From NCBI GenBank assembly GCA_044892505.1, contig CM097882.1, forward strand, positions 19,964,001-20,028,000: DNA of 64,000 nucleotides, read 5' to 3'. The notes beneath the pieces were generated by a model, which saw only the letters and a list, made by a program, of their open reading frames with translations, was not told the DNA's origin and searched no databases. The DNA is from Schmidtea nova (lineage: Eukaryota). A program made the position numbers and the translations under genes. This document shows positions 15,001 through 30,000 of this stretch, in pieces (positions within the stretch are counted from its first letter, which is position 1; every line of letters begins with the position of its first letter).

Positions 15001-18000
15001 TCTTGTAGACACAATGCGAGGAACGATACGAGATCCTATTTCTGGAAAAGAAATTTCATTACAAAAAGCAATTGCAAAAGGAATAATCGACGCGGAAAAT
15101 AGCGCAATATATGATGCAGAGAAAGGACAAACTGTGTCTCTTTCTGAAATGCTAAGGAGCGGAAAAGATATGAAAGCTTTGCTAACAAGCGAAAAAGAAA
15201 GAATTGATAAAGAAAAGCATAGAGAATTAGAAAAGATCAGTATGGAATATTCAACTGATGCGCAACACTTGACTTTGGATGAAGCAATTGAAAGAGGTCT
15301 TGTAGACACAATGCGAGGAACGATACGAGATCCTATTTCTGGAAAAGAAATTTCATTACAAGAAGCAATTGCAAAAGGAATAATCGACGCGGAAAATAGC
15401 GCAATATATGATGCAGAGAAAGGACAAACTGTGACTCTTTCTGAAATGCTAAGGAGCGGAAAAGATATGAAAGCTTTGCTAACAAGCGAAAAAGAAATAA
15501 TTGTGAAAGAAAAGCATGGAGAATTAGAAAAGATCAGTATGGAATATTCAACTGACGCGCAACACTTGACTTTGGATGAAGCAATTGAAAGAGGTCCTGT
15601 AGACACAATGCGAGGAAAGATGCGAGATCCTATTTCTGGAAAAGAAATTTCATTACAAGAAGCAATTGCAAAAGGAATAATCGACGCGGAAAATAGCGCA
15701 ATATATGATGCAGAGAAAGGACAAACTGTGTCTCTTTCTGAAATGCTAAGGAGCGGAAAAGATATGAAAGCTTTGCTAACAAGCGAAAAAGAAATAATTG
15801 TGAAAGAAAAGCATGGAGAATTAGAAAAGATCAGTATGGAATATTCAACTGACGTGCAACACTTGACTTTGGATGAAGCAATTGAAAGAGGTCTTGTAGA
15901 CACAATGCGAGGAACGATACGAGATCCTATTTCTGGAAAAGAAATTTCATTACAAGAAGCAATTGCAAAAGGAATAATCGACGCGGAAAATAGCGCAATA
16001 TATGATGCAGAGAAAGGACAAACTGTGACTCTTTCTGAAATGCTAAGGAGCGGAAAAGATATGAAAGCTTTGCTAACAAGCGAAAAAGAAAGAATTGATA
16101 AAGAGAAGCATGGAGAATTAGAAAAGATCAGTATGGAATATTCAACTGACGCACAACACTTGACTTTGGATGAAGCAATTGAAAGAGGTCTTGTAGACAC
16201 AATGCGAGGAACGATACGAGATCCTATTTCTGGAAAAGAAATTTCATTACAAGAAGCAATTGCAAAAGGAATAATCGACGCGGAAAATAGCGCAATATAT
16301 GATGCAGAGAAAGGACAAACTGTGACTCTTTCTGAAATGCTAAGGAGCGGAAAAGATATGAAAGCTTTGCTAACAAGCGAAAAAGAAATAATTGTGAAAG
16401 AAAAGCATGGAGAATTAGAAAAGATCAGTATGGAATATTCAACTGACGCGCAACACTTGACTTTGGATGAAGCAATTGAAAGAGGTCCTGTAGACACAAT
16501 GCGAGGAAAGATACGAGATCCTATTTCTGGAAAAGAAATTTCATTACAAGAAGCAATTGCAAAAAGAATAATCGACGCGGAAAATAGCGCAATATATGAT
16601 GCAGAGAAAGGACAAACTGTGTCTCTTTCTGAAATACTAAGGAGCGGAAAAGATATGAAAGCTTTGCTAACAAGCGAAAAAGAAAGAATTGATAAAGAAA
16701 AGCATGGAGAATTAAAAAAGATCAGTATGGATTATTCAACTGACGCGCAACACTTGACTTTGGATGAAGCAATTGAAAGAGGTCTTGTAGACACAATGCG
16801 AGGAACGATACGAGATCCTATTTCTGGAAAAGAAATTTCATTACAAGAAGCAATTGCAAAAGGAATAATCGACGCGGAAAATAGCGCAATATATGATGCA
16901 GAGAAAGGACAAACTGTGACTCTTTCTGAAATGCTAAGGAGCGGAAAAGATATGAAAGCTTTGCTAACAAGCGAAAAAGAAATAATTGTGAAAGAAAAGC
17001 ATGGAGAATTAGAAAAGATCAGTATGGAATTTTCAACTGACGCACAACACTTGACTTTGGATGAAGCAATTGAAAGAGGTCTTGTAGACACAATGCGAGG
17101 AACGATACGAGATCCTATTTCTGGAAAAGAAATTTCATTACAAGAAGCAATTGCAAAAAGAATAATCGACGCGGAAAATAGCGCAATATATGATGCAGAG
17201 AAAGGACAAACTGTGTCTCTTTCTGAAATACTAAGGAGCGGAAAAGATATGAAAGCTTTGCTAACAAGCGAAAAAGAAAGAATTGATAAAGAAAAGCATA
17301 GAGAATTAGAAAAGATCAGTATGGAATATTCAACTGATGCGCAACACTTGACTTTGGATGAAGCAATTGAAAGAGGTCTTGTAGACACAATGCGAGGAAC
17401 GATACGAGATCCTATTTCTGGAAAAGAAATTTCATTACAAGAAGCAATTGCAAAAGGAATAATCGACGCGGAAAATAGCGCAATATATGATGCAGAGAAA
17501 GGACAAACTGTGTCTCTTTCTGAAATGCTAAGTAGCGGAAAAGATATGAAAGCTTTGCTAACAAGCGAAAAAGAAAGAATTGATAAAGAAAAGCATGGAG
17601 AATTAGAAAAGATCAGTATGGAATATTCAACTGATGCGCAACACTTGACTTTGGATGAAGCAATTGAAAGAGGTCTTGTAGACACAATGCGAGGAACGAT
17701 ACGAGATCCTATTTCTGGAAAAGAAATTTCATTACAAGAAGCAATTGCAAAAGGAATAATCGACGCGGAAAATAGCGCAATATATGATGCAGAGAAAGGA
17801 CAAACTGTGTCTCTTTCTGAAATGCTAAGGAGCGGAAAAGATATGAAAGCTTTGCTAACAAGCGAAAAAGAAAGAATTGATAAAGAAAAGCATAGAGAAT
17901 TAGAAAAGATCAGTATGGAATATTCAACTGACGCGCAACACTTGACTTTGGATGAAGCAATTGAAAGAGGTCTTGTAGACACAATGCGAGGAACGATACG

Positions 18001-21000
18001 AGATCCTATTTCTGGAAAAGAAATTTCATTACAAGAAGCAATTGCAAAAGGAATAATCGACGCGGAAAATAGCGCAATATATGATGCAGAGAAAGGACAA
18101 ACTGTGACTCTTTCTGAAATGCTAAGGAGCGGAAAAGATATGAAAGCTTTGCTAACAAGCGAAAAAGAAATAATTGTGAAAGAAAAGCATGGAGAATTAG
18201 AAAAGATCAGTATGGAATATTCAACTGACGCGCAACACTTGACTTTGGATGAAGCAATTGAAAGAGGTCCTGTAGACACAATGCGAGGAAAGATACGAGA
18301 TCCTATTTCTGGAAAAGAAATTTCATTACAAGAAGCAATTGCAAAAGGAATAATCGACGCGGAAAATAGCGCAATATATGATGCAGAGAAAGGACAAACT
18401 GTGTCTCTTTCTGAAATGCTAAGGAGCGGAAAAGATATGAAAGCTTTGCTAACAAGCGAAAAAGAAATAATTGTGAAAGAAAAGCATGGAGAATTAGAAA
18501 AGATCAGTATGGAATATTCAACTGACGTGCAACACTTGACTTTGGATGAAGCAATTGAAAGAGGTCTTGTAGACACAATGCGAGGAACGATACGAGATCC
18601 TATTTCTGGAAAAGAAATTTCATTACAAGAAGCAATTGCAAAAGGAATAATCGACGCGGAAAATAGCGCAATATATGATGCAGAGAAAGGACAAACTGTG
18701 TCTCTTTCTGAAATGCTAAGGAGCGGAAAAGATATGAAAGCTTTGCTAACAAGCGAAAAAGAAAGAATTGATAAAGAAAAGCTTGGAGAATTAGAAAAGA
18801 TCAGTATGGAATATTCAACTGATGCGCAACACTTGACTTTGGATGAAGCAATTGAAAGAGGTCTTGTAGACACAATGCGAGGAACGATACGAGATCCTAT
18901 TTCTGGAAAAGAAATTTCATTACAAGAAGCAATTGCAAAAGGAATAATCGACGCGGAAAATAGCGCAATATATGATGCAGAGAAAGGACAAACTGTGTCT
19001 CTTTCTGAAATGCTAAGTAGCGGAAAAGATATGAAAGCTTTGCTAACAAGCGAAAAAGAAAGAATTGATAAAGAAAAGCTTGGAGAATTAGAAAAGATCA
19101 GTATGGAATATTCAACTGATGCGCAACACTTGACTTTGGATGAAGCAATTGAAAGAGGTCTTGTAGACACAATGCGAGGAACGATACGAGATCCTATTTC
19201 TGGAAAAGAAATTTCATTACAAGAAGCAATTGCAAAAGGAATAATCGACGCGGAAAATAGCGCAATATATGATGCAGAGAAAGGACAAACTGTGTCTCTT
19301 TCTGAAATGCTAAGGAGCGGAAAAGATATGAAAGCTTTGCTAACAAGCGAAAAAGAAAGAATTGATAAAGAAAAGCATGGAGAATTAGAAAAGATCAGTA
19401 TGGAATATTCAACTGACGCGCAACACTTGACTTTGGATGAAGCAATTGAAAGAGGTCTTGTAGACACAATGCGAGGAACGATACGAGATCCTATTTCTGG
19501 AAAAGAAATTTCATTACAAGAAGCAATGTCAAAAGGAATAATCGACGCGGAAAATAGCGCAATATATGATGCAGAGAAAAGACAAACTGTGACTCTTTCT
19601 GAAATGCTAAGGAGCGGAAAAGATATGAAAGCTTTGCTAACAAGCGAAAAAGAAATAATTGTGAAAGAAAAGCATGGAGAATTAAAAAAGATCAGTATGG
19701 AATATTCAACTGACGCGCAACACTTGACTTTGGATGAAGCAATTGAAAGAGGTCCTGTAGACACAATGCGAGGAAAGATGCGAGATCCTATTTCTGGAAA
19801 AGAAATTTCATTAGAAGAAGCAATTGCAAAAGGAATAATCGACGCGGAAAATAGCGCAATATATGATGCAGAGAAAGGACAAACTGTGTCTCTTTCTGAA
19901 ATGCTAAGGAGCGGAAAAGATATGAAAGCTTTGCTAACAAGCGAAAAAGAAATAATTGTGAAAGAAAATCATGGAGAATTAGAAAAGATCAGTATGGAAT
20001 ATTCAACTGACGTGCAACACTTGACTTTGGATGAAGCAATTGAAAGAGGTCTTGTAGACACAATGCGAGGAACGATACGAGATCCTATTTCTGGAAAAGA
20101 AATTTCATTACAAGAAGCAATTGCAAAAGGAATAATCGACGCGGAAAATAGCGCAATATATGATGCAGAGAAAGGACAAACTGTGTCTCTTTCTGAAATA
20201 CTAAGGAGCGGAAAAGATATGAAAGCTTTGCTAACAAGCGAAAAAGAAAGAATTGATAAAGAAAAGCATGGAGAATTAGAAAAGATCAGTATGGAATATT
20301 CAACTGACGCGCAACACTTGACTTTGGATGAAGCAATTGAAAGAGGTCTTGTAGACACAATGCGAGGAACGATACGAGATCCTATTTCTGGAAAAGAAAT
20401 TTCATTACAAGAAGCAATTGCAAAAGGAATAATCGACGCGGAAAATAGCGCAATATATGATGCAGAGAAAGGACAAACTGTGACTCTTTCTGAAATGCTA
20501 AGGAGCGGAAAAGATATGAAAGCTTTGCTAACAAGCGAAAAAGAAAGAATTGATAAAGAGAAGCATGGAGAATTAGAAAAGATCAGTATGGAATTTTCAA
20601 CTGACGCACAACACTTGACTTTGGATGAAGCAATTGAAAGAGGTCTTGTAGACACAATGCGAGGAACGATACGAGATCCTATTTCTGGAAAAGAAATTTC
20701 ATTACAAGAAGCAATTGCAAAAGGAATAATCGACGCGGAAAATAGCGCAATATATGATGCAGAGAAAGGACAAACTGTGTCTCTTTCTGAAATGCTAAGG
20801 AGCGGAAAAGATATGAAAGCTTTGCTAACAAGCGAAAAAGAAAGAATTGATAAAGAAAAGCATGGAGAATTAGAAAAGATCAGTATGGAATATTCAACTG
20901 ACGCGCAACACTTGACTTTGGATGAAGCAATTGAAAGAGGTCTTGTAGACACAATGCGAAGAACGATACGAGATCCTATTTCTGGAAAAGAAATTTCATT

Positions 21001-24000
21001 ACAAGAAGCAATTGCAAAAGGAATAATCGACGCGGAAAATAGCGCAATATATGATGCAGAGAAAGGACAAACTGTGACTCTTTCTGAAATGCTAAGGAGC
21101 GGAAAAGATATGAAAGCTTTGCTAACAAGCGAAAAAGAAATAATTGTGAAAGAAAAGCATGGAGAATTAAAAAAGATCAGTATGGAATATTCAACTGACG
21201 CGCAACACTTGACTTTGGATGAAGCAATTGAAAGAGGTCTTGTAGACACAATGCGAGGAACGATACGAGATCCTATTTCTGGAAAAGAAATTTCATTACA
21301 AGAAGCAATTGCAAAAGGAATAATCGACGCGGAAAATAGCGCAATATATGATGCAGAGAAAGGACAAACTGTGTCTCTTTCTGAAATGCTAAGGAGCGGA
21401 AAAGATATGAAAGCTTTGCTAACAAGCGAAAAAGAAATAATTGTGAAAGAAAAGCATGGAGAATTAGAAAAGATCAGTATGGAATATTCAACTGACGTGC
21501 AACACTTGACTTTGGATGAAGCAATTGAAAGAGGTCTTGTAGACACAATGCGAGGAACGATACGAGATCCTATTTCTGGAAAAGAAATTTCATTACAAGA
21601 AGCAATTGCAAAAGGAATAATCGACGCGGAAAATAGCGCAATATATGATGCAGAGAAAGGACAAACTGTGTCTCTTTCTGAAATGCTAAGGAGCGGAAAA
21701 TATATGAAAGCTTTGCTAACAAGCGAAAAAGAAAGAATTGATAAAGAAAAGCATGGAGAATTAGAAAAGTTAAGTATGGAATATTTAACTGACGTGCAAC
21801 ACTTGACTTTGGATGAAGCAATTGAAAGAGGTCTTGTAGACACAATGCGAGGAACGATACGAGATCCTATTTCTGGAAAAGAAATTTCATTACAAGAAGC
21901 AATGTCAAAAGGAATAATCGACGCGGATAATAGCGCAATATATGATGCAGAGAAAGGACAAACTGTGTCTCTTTCTGAAATACTAAGGAGCGGAAAAGAT
22001 ATGAAAGCTTTGCTAACAAGCGAAAAAGAAAGAATTGATAAAGAAAAGCATGGAGAATTAGAAAAGATCAGTATGGAATATTCAACTGACGCGCAACACT
22101 TGACTTTGGATGAAGCAATTGAAAGAGGTCTTGTAGACACAATGCGAGGAACGATACGAGATCCTATTTCTGGAAAAGAAATTTCATTACAAGAAGCAAT
22201 GTCAAAAGGAATAATCGACGCGGAAAATAGCGCAATATATGATGCAGAGAAAGGACAAACTGTGTCTCTTTCTGAAATACTAAGGAGCGGAAAAGATATG
22301 AAAGCTTTGCTAACAAGCGAAAAAGAAAGAATTGATAAAGAAAAGCATGGAGAATTAGAAAAGATCAGTATGGAATATTCAACTGACGCGCAACACTTGA
22401 CTTTGGATGAAGCAATTGAAAGAGGTCTTGTAGACACAATGCGAGGAACGATACGAGATCCTATTTCTGGAAAAGAAATTTCATTACAAGAAGCAATTGC
22501 AAAAGGAATAATCGACGCGGAAAATAGCGCAATATATGATGCAGAGAAAGGACAAACTGTGACTCTTTCTGAAATGCTAAGGAGCGGAAAAGATATGAAA
22601 GCTTTGCTAACAAGCGAAAAAGAAATAATTGTGAAAGAAAAGCATGGAGAATTAAAAAAGATCAGTATGGAATATTCAACTGACGCGCAACACTTGACTT
22701 TGGATGAAGCAATTGAAAGAGGTCCTGTAGACACAATGCGAGGAAAGATGCGAGATCCTATTTCTGGAAAAGAAATTTCATTAGAAGAAGCAATTGCAAA
22801 AGGAATAATCGACGCGGAAAATAGCGCAATATATGATGCAGAGAAAGGACAAACTGTGTCTCTTTCTGAAATGCTAAGGAGCGGAAAAGATATGAAAGCT
22901 TTGCTAACAAGCGAAAAAGAAATAATTGTGAAAGAAAAGCATGGAGAATTAGAAAAGATCAGTATGGAATATTCAACTGACGTGCAACACTTGAATTTGG
23001 ATGAAGCAATTGAAAGAGGTCTTGTAGACACAATGCGAGGAACGATACGAGATCCAATTTCTGGAAAAGAAATTTCATTACAAGAAGCAATTGCAAAAGG
23101 AATAATCGACGCGGAAAATAGCGCAATATATGATGCAGAGAAAGGACAAACTGTGTCTCTTTCTGAAATGCTAAGGAGCGGAAAAGATATGAAAGCTTTG
23201 CTAACAAGCGAAAAAGAAAGAATTGATAAAGAAAAGCTTGGAGAATTAGAAAAGATCAGTATGGAATATTCAACTGATGCGCAACACTTGACTTTGGATG
23301 AAGCAATTGAAAGAGGTCTTGTAGACACAATGCGAGGAACGATACGAGATCCTATTTCTGGAAAAGAAATTTCATTACAAGAAGCAATGTCAAAAGGAAT
23401 AATCGACGCGGAAAATAGCGCAATATATGATGCAGAGAAAGGACAAACTGTGTCTCTTTCTGAAATACTAAGGAGCGGAAAAGATATGAAAGCTTTGCTA
23501 ACAAGCGAAAATGAAAGAATTGATAAAGAAAAGCATGGAGAATTAGAAAAGATCAGTATGGAATATTCAACTGACGCGCAACACTTGACTTTGGATGAAG
23601 CAATTGAAAGAGGTCTTGTAGACACAATGCGAGGAACGATACGAGATCCTATTTCTGGAAAAGAAATTTCATTACAAGAAGCAATTGCAAAAGGAATAAT
23701 CGACGCGGAAAATAGCGCAATATATGATGCAGAGAAAGGACAAACTGTGACTCTTTCTGAAATGCTAAGGAGCGGAAAAGATATGAAAGCTTTGCTAACA
23801 AGCGAAAAAGAAAGAATTGATAAAGAAAAGCATGGAGAATTAGAAAAGTTTAGTATGGAATATTTAACTGACGTGCAACACTTGACTTTGGATGAAGCAA
23901 TTGAAAGAGGTCTTGTAGACACAATGCGAGGAACGATGCGAGATCCTATTTCTGGAAAAGAAATTTCATTACAAGAAGCAATGTCAAAAGGAATAATCGA

Positions 24001-27000
24001 CGCGGAAAATAGCGCAATATATGATGCAGAGAAAGGACAAACTGTGTCTCTTTCTGAAATGCTAAGGAGCGGAAAAGATATGAAAGCTTTGCTAACAAGC
24101 GAAAAAGAAAGAATTGATAAAGAGAAGCATGGAGAATTAGAAAAGATCAGTATGGAATTTTCATCTGACGCACAACACTTGACTTTGGATGAAGCAATTG
24201 AAAGAGGTCTTGTAGACACAATGCGAGGAACGATACGAGATCCTATTTCTGGAAAAGAAATTTCATTACAAGAAGCAATTGCAAAAGGAATAATCGACGC
24301 GGAAAATAGCGCAATATATGATGCAGAGAAAGGACAAACTGTGTCTCTTTCTGAAATGCTAAGGAGCGGAAAAGATATGAAAGCTTTGCTAACAAGCGAA
24401 AAAGAAAGAATTGATAAAGAAAAGCATGGAGAATTAGAAAAGATCAGTATGGAATATTCAACTGACGCGCAACACTTGACTTTGGATGAAGCAATTGAAA
24501 GAGGTCTTGTAGACACAATGCGAAGAACGATACGAGATCCTATTTCTGGAAAAGAAATTTCATTACAAGAAGCAATTGCAAAAGGAATAATCGACGCGGA
24601 AAATAGCGCAATATATGATGCAGAGAAAGGACAAACTGTGTCTCTTTCTGAAATGCTAAGGAGCGGAAAAGATATGAAAGCTTTGCTAACAAGCGAAAAA
24701 GAAAGAATTGATAAAGAAAAGCATGGAGAATTAGAAAAGATCAGTATGGAATATTCAACTGATGCGCAACACTTGACTTTGGATGAAGCAATTGAAAGAG
24801 GTCTTGTAGACACAATGCGAGGAACGATACGAGATCCTATTTCTGGAAAAGAAATTTCATTACAAGAAGCAATGTCAAAAGGAATAATCGACGCGGAAAA
24901 TAGCGCAATATATGATGCAGAGAAAGGACAAACTGTGTCTCTTTCTGAAATACTAAGGAGCGGAAAAGATATGAAAGCTTTGCTAACAAGCGAAAATGAA
25001 AGAATTGATAAAGAAAAGCATGGAGAATTAGAAAAGATCAGTATGGAATATTCAACTGACGCGCAACACTTGACTTTGGATGAAGCAATTGAAAGAGGTC
25101 TTGTAGACACAATGCGAGGAACGATACGAGATCCTATTTCTGGAAAAGAAATTTCATTACAAGAAGCAATTGCAAAAGGAATAATCGACGCGGAAAATAG
25201 CGCAATATATGATGCAGAGAAAGGACAAACTGTGACTCTTTCTGAAATGCTAAGGAGCGGAAAAGATATGAAAGCTTTGCTAACAAGCGAAAAAGAAAGA
25301 ATTGATAAAGAAAAGCATGGAGAATTAGAAAAGTTTAGTATGGAATATTTAACTGACGTGCAACACTTGACTTTGGATGAAGCAATTGAAAGAGGTCTTG
25401 TAGACACAATGCGAGGAACGATGCGAGATCCTATTTCTGGAAAAGAAATTTCATTACAAGAAGCAATGTCAAAAGGAATAATCGACGCGGAAAATAGCGC
25501 AATATATGATGCAGAGAAAGGACAAACTGTGTCTCTTTCTGAAATACTAAGGAGCGGAAAAGATATGAAAGCTTTGCTAACAAGCGAAAAAGAAAGAATT
25601 GATAAAGAAAAGCATGGAGAATTAGAAAAGATCAGTATGGAATATTCAACTGACGCGCAACACTTGACTTTGGATGAAGCAATTGAAAGAGGTCTTGTAG
25701 ACACAATGCGAGGAACGATACGAGATTCTATTTCTGGAAAAGAAATTTCATTACAAGAAGCAATTGCAAAAGGAATAATCGACGCGGAAAATAGCGCAAT
25801 ATATGATGCAGAGAAAGGACAAACTCTGACTCTTTCTGAAATGCTAAAGAGCGGAAAAGATATGAAAGCTTTGCTAACAAGCGAAAAAGAAAGAATTGAT
25901 AAAGAAAAGCATGGAGAATTAGAAAAGATCAGTATGGAATTTTCAACTGACGCACAACACTTGACTTTGGATGAAGCAATTGAAAGAGGTCTTGTAGACA
26001 CAATGCGAGGAACGATACGAGATCCTATTTCTGGAAAAGAAATTTCATTACAAGAAGCAATTGCAAAAGGAATAATCGACGCGGAAAATAGCGCAATATA
26101 TGATGCAGAGAAAGGACAAACTGTGTCTCTTTCTGAAATGCTAAGGAGCGGAAAAGATATGAAAGCTTTGCTAACAAGCGAAAAAGAAAGAATTGATAAA
26201 GAAAAGCATGGAGAATTAGAAAAGATCAGTATGGAATATTCAACTGACGCGCAACACTTGACTTTGGATGAAGCAATTGAAAGAGGTCTTGTAGACACAA
26301 TGCGAAGAACGATACGAGATCCTATTTCTGGAAAAGAAATTTCATTACAAGAAGCAATTGCAAAAGGAATAATCGACGCGGAAAATAGCGCAATATATGA
26401 TGCAGAGAAAGGACAAACTGTGTCTCTTTCTGAAATACTAAGGAACGGAAAAGATATGAAAGCTTTGCTAACAAGCGAAAAAGAAAGAATTGATAAAGAA
26501 AAGCATGGAGAATTAGAAAAGATCAGTATGGAATATTCAACTGACGCGCAACACTTGACTTTGGATGAAGCAATTGAAAGAGGTCTTGTAGACACAATGC
26601 GAGGAACGATACGAGATCCTATTTCTGGAAAAGAAATTTCATTACAAGAAGCAATTGCAAAAGGAATAATCGACGCGGAAAATAGCGCAATATATGATGC
26701 AGAGAAAGGACAAACTGTGTCTCTTTCTGAAATGCTAAGGAGCGGAAAAGATATGAAAGCTTTGCTAACAAGCGAAAAAGAAAGAATTGATAAAGAAAAG
26801 CATGGAGAATTAGAAAAGATCAGTATGGAATATTCAACTGACGCGCAACACTTGACTTTGGATGAAGCAATTGAAAGAGGTCTTGTAGACACAATGCGAA
26901 GAACGATACGAGATCCTATTTCTGGAAAAGAAATTTCATTACAAGAAGCAATTGCAAAAGGAATAATCGACGCGGAAAATAGCGCAATATATGATGCAGA

Positions 27001-30000
27001 GAAAGGACAAACTGTGTCTCTTTCTGAAATACTAAGGAGCGGAAAAGATATGAAAGCTTTGCTAACAAGCGAAAAAGAAAGAATTGATAAAGAAAAGCAT
27101 GGAGAATTAGAAAAGATCAGTATGGAATATTCAACTGACGCGCAACACTTGACTTTGGATGAAGCAATTGAAAGAGGTCCTGTAGACACAATGCGAGGAA
27201 AGATGCGAGATCCTATTTCTGGAAAAGAAATTTCATTAGAAGAAGCAATTGCAAAAGGAATAATCGACGCGGAAAATAGCGCAATATATGATGCAGAGAA
27301 AGGACAAACTGTGTCTCTTTCTGAAATGCTAAGGAGCGGAAAAGATATGAAAGCTTTGCTAACAAGCGAAAAAGAAATAATTGTGAAAGAAAAGCATGGA
27401 GAATTAGAAAAGATCAGTATGGAATATTCAACTGACGTGCAACACTTGACTTTGGATGAAGCAATTGAAAGAGGTCTTGTAGACACAATGCGAGGAACGA
27501 TACGAGATCCTATTTCTGGAAAAGAAATTTCATTACAAGAAGCAATTGCAAAAGGAATAATCGACGCGGAAAATAGCGCAATATATGATGCAGAGAAAGG
27601 ACAAACTGTGTCTCTTTCTGAAATACTAAGGAGCGGAAAAGATATGAAAGCTTTGCTAACAAGCGAAAAAGAAAGAATTGATAAAGAAAAGCATGGAGAA
27701 TTAGAAAAGATCAGTATGGAATATTCAACTGACGCGCAACACTTGACTTTGGATGAAGCAATTGAAAGAGGTCTTGTAGACACAATGCGAGGAACGATAC
27801 GAGATCCTATTTCTGGAAAAGAAATTTCATTACAAGAAGCAATTGCAAAAGGAATAATCGACGCGGAAAATAGCGCAATATATGATGCAGAGAAAGGACA
27901 AACTGTGACTCTTTCTGAAATGCTAAGGAGCGGAAAAGATATGAAAGCTTTGCTAACAAGCGAAAAAGAAAGAATTGATAAAGAGAAGCATGGAGAATTA
28001 GAAAAGATCAGTATGGAATTTTCAACTGACGCACAACACTTGACTTTGGATGAAGCAATTGAAAGAGGTCTTGTAGACACAATGCGAGGAACGATACGAG
28101 ATCCTATTTCTGGAAAAGAAATTTCATTACAAGAAGCAATTGCAAAAGGAATAATCGACGCGGAAAATAGCGCAATATATGATGCAGAGAAAGGACAAAC
28201 TGTGTCTCTTTCTGAAATGCTAAGGAGCGGAAAAGATATGAAAGCTTTGCTAACAAGCGAAAAAGAAAGAATTGATAAAGAAAAGCATGGAGAATTAGAA
28301 AAGATCAGTATGGAATATTCAACTGACGCGCAACACTTGACTTTGGATGAAGCAATTGAAAGAGGTCTTGTAGACACAATGCGAAGAACGATACGAGATC
28401 CTATTTCTGGAAAAGAAATTTCATTACAAGAAGCAATTGCAAAAGGAATAATCGACGCGGAAAATAGCGCAATATATGATGCAGAGAAAGGACAAACTGT
28501 GACTCTTTCTGAAATGCTAAGGAGCGGAAAAGATATGAAAGCTTTGCTAACAAGCGAAAAAGAAATAATTGTGAAAGAAAAGCATGGAGAATTAAAAAAG
28601 ATCAGTATGGAATATTCAACTGACGCGCAACACTTGACTTTGGATGAAGCAATTGAAAGAGGTCTTGTAGACACAATGCGAGGAACGATACGAGATCCTA
28701 TTTCTGGAAAAGAAATTTCATTACAAGAAGCAATTGCAAAAGGAATAATCGACGCGGAAAATAGCGCAATATATGATGCAGAGAAAGGACAAACTGTGTC
28801 TCTTTCTGAAATGCTAAGGAGCGGAAAAGATATGAAAGCTTTGCTAACAAGCGAAAAAGAAATAATTGTGAAAGAAAAGCATGGAGAATTAGAAAAGATC
28901 AGTATGGAATATTCAACTGACGTGCAACACTTGACTTTGGATGAAGCAATTGAAAGAGGTCTTGTAGACACAATGCGAGGAACGATACGAGATCCTATTT
29001 CTGGAAAAGAAATTTCATTACAAGAAGCAATTGCAAAAGGAATAATCGACGCGGAAAATAGCGCAATATATGATGCAGAGAAAGGACAAACTGTGTCTCT
29101 TTCTGAAATGCTAAGGAGCGGAAAATATATGAAAGCTTTGCTAACAAGCGAAAAAGAAAGAATTGATAAAGAAAAGCATGGAGAATTAGAAAAGTTAAGT
29201 ATGGAATATTTAACTGACGTGCAACACTTGACTTTGGATGAAGCAATTGAAAGAGGTCTTGTAGACACAATGCGAGGAACGATACGAGATCCTATTTCTG
29301 GAAAAGAAATTTCATTACAAGAAGCAATGTCAAAAGGAATAATCGACGCGGAAAATAGCGCAATATATGATGCAGAGAAAGGACAAACTGTGTCTCTTTC
29401 TGAAATACTAAGGAGCGGAAAAGATATGAAAGCTTTGCTAACAAGCGAAAAAGAAAGAATTGATAAAGAAAAGCATGGAGAATTAGAAAAGATCAGTATG
29501 GAATATTCAACTGACGCGCAACACTTGACTTTGGATGAAGCAATTGAAAGAGGTCTTGTAGACACAATGCGAGGAACGATACGAGATCCTATTTCTGGAA
29601 AAGAAATTTCATTACAAGAAGCAATGTCAAAAGGAATAATCGACGCGGAAAATAGCGCAATATATGATGCAGAGAAAGGACAAACTGTGTCTCTTTCTGA
29701 AATACTAAGGAGCGGAAAAGATATGAAAGCTTTGCTAACAAGCGAAAAAGAAAGAATTGATAAAGAAAAGCATGGAGAATTAGAAAAGATCAGTATGGAA
29801 TATTCAACTGACGCGCAACACTTGACTTTGGATGAAGCAATTGAAAGAGGTCTTGTAGACACAATGCGAGGAACGATACGAGATCCTATTTCTGGAAAAG
29901 AAATTTCATTACAAGAAGCAATTGCAAAAGGAATAATCGACGCGGAAAATAGCGCAATATATGATGCAGAGAAAGGACAAACTGTGACTCTTTCTGAAAT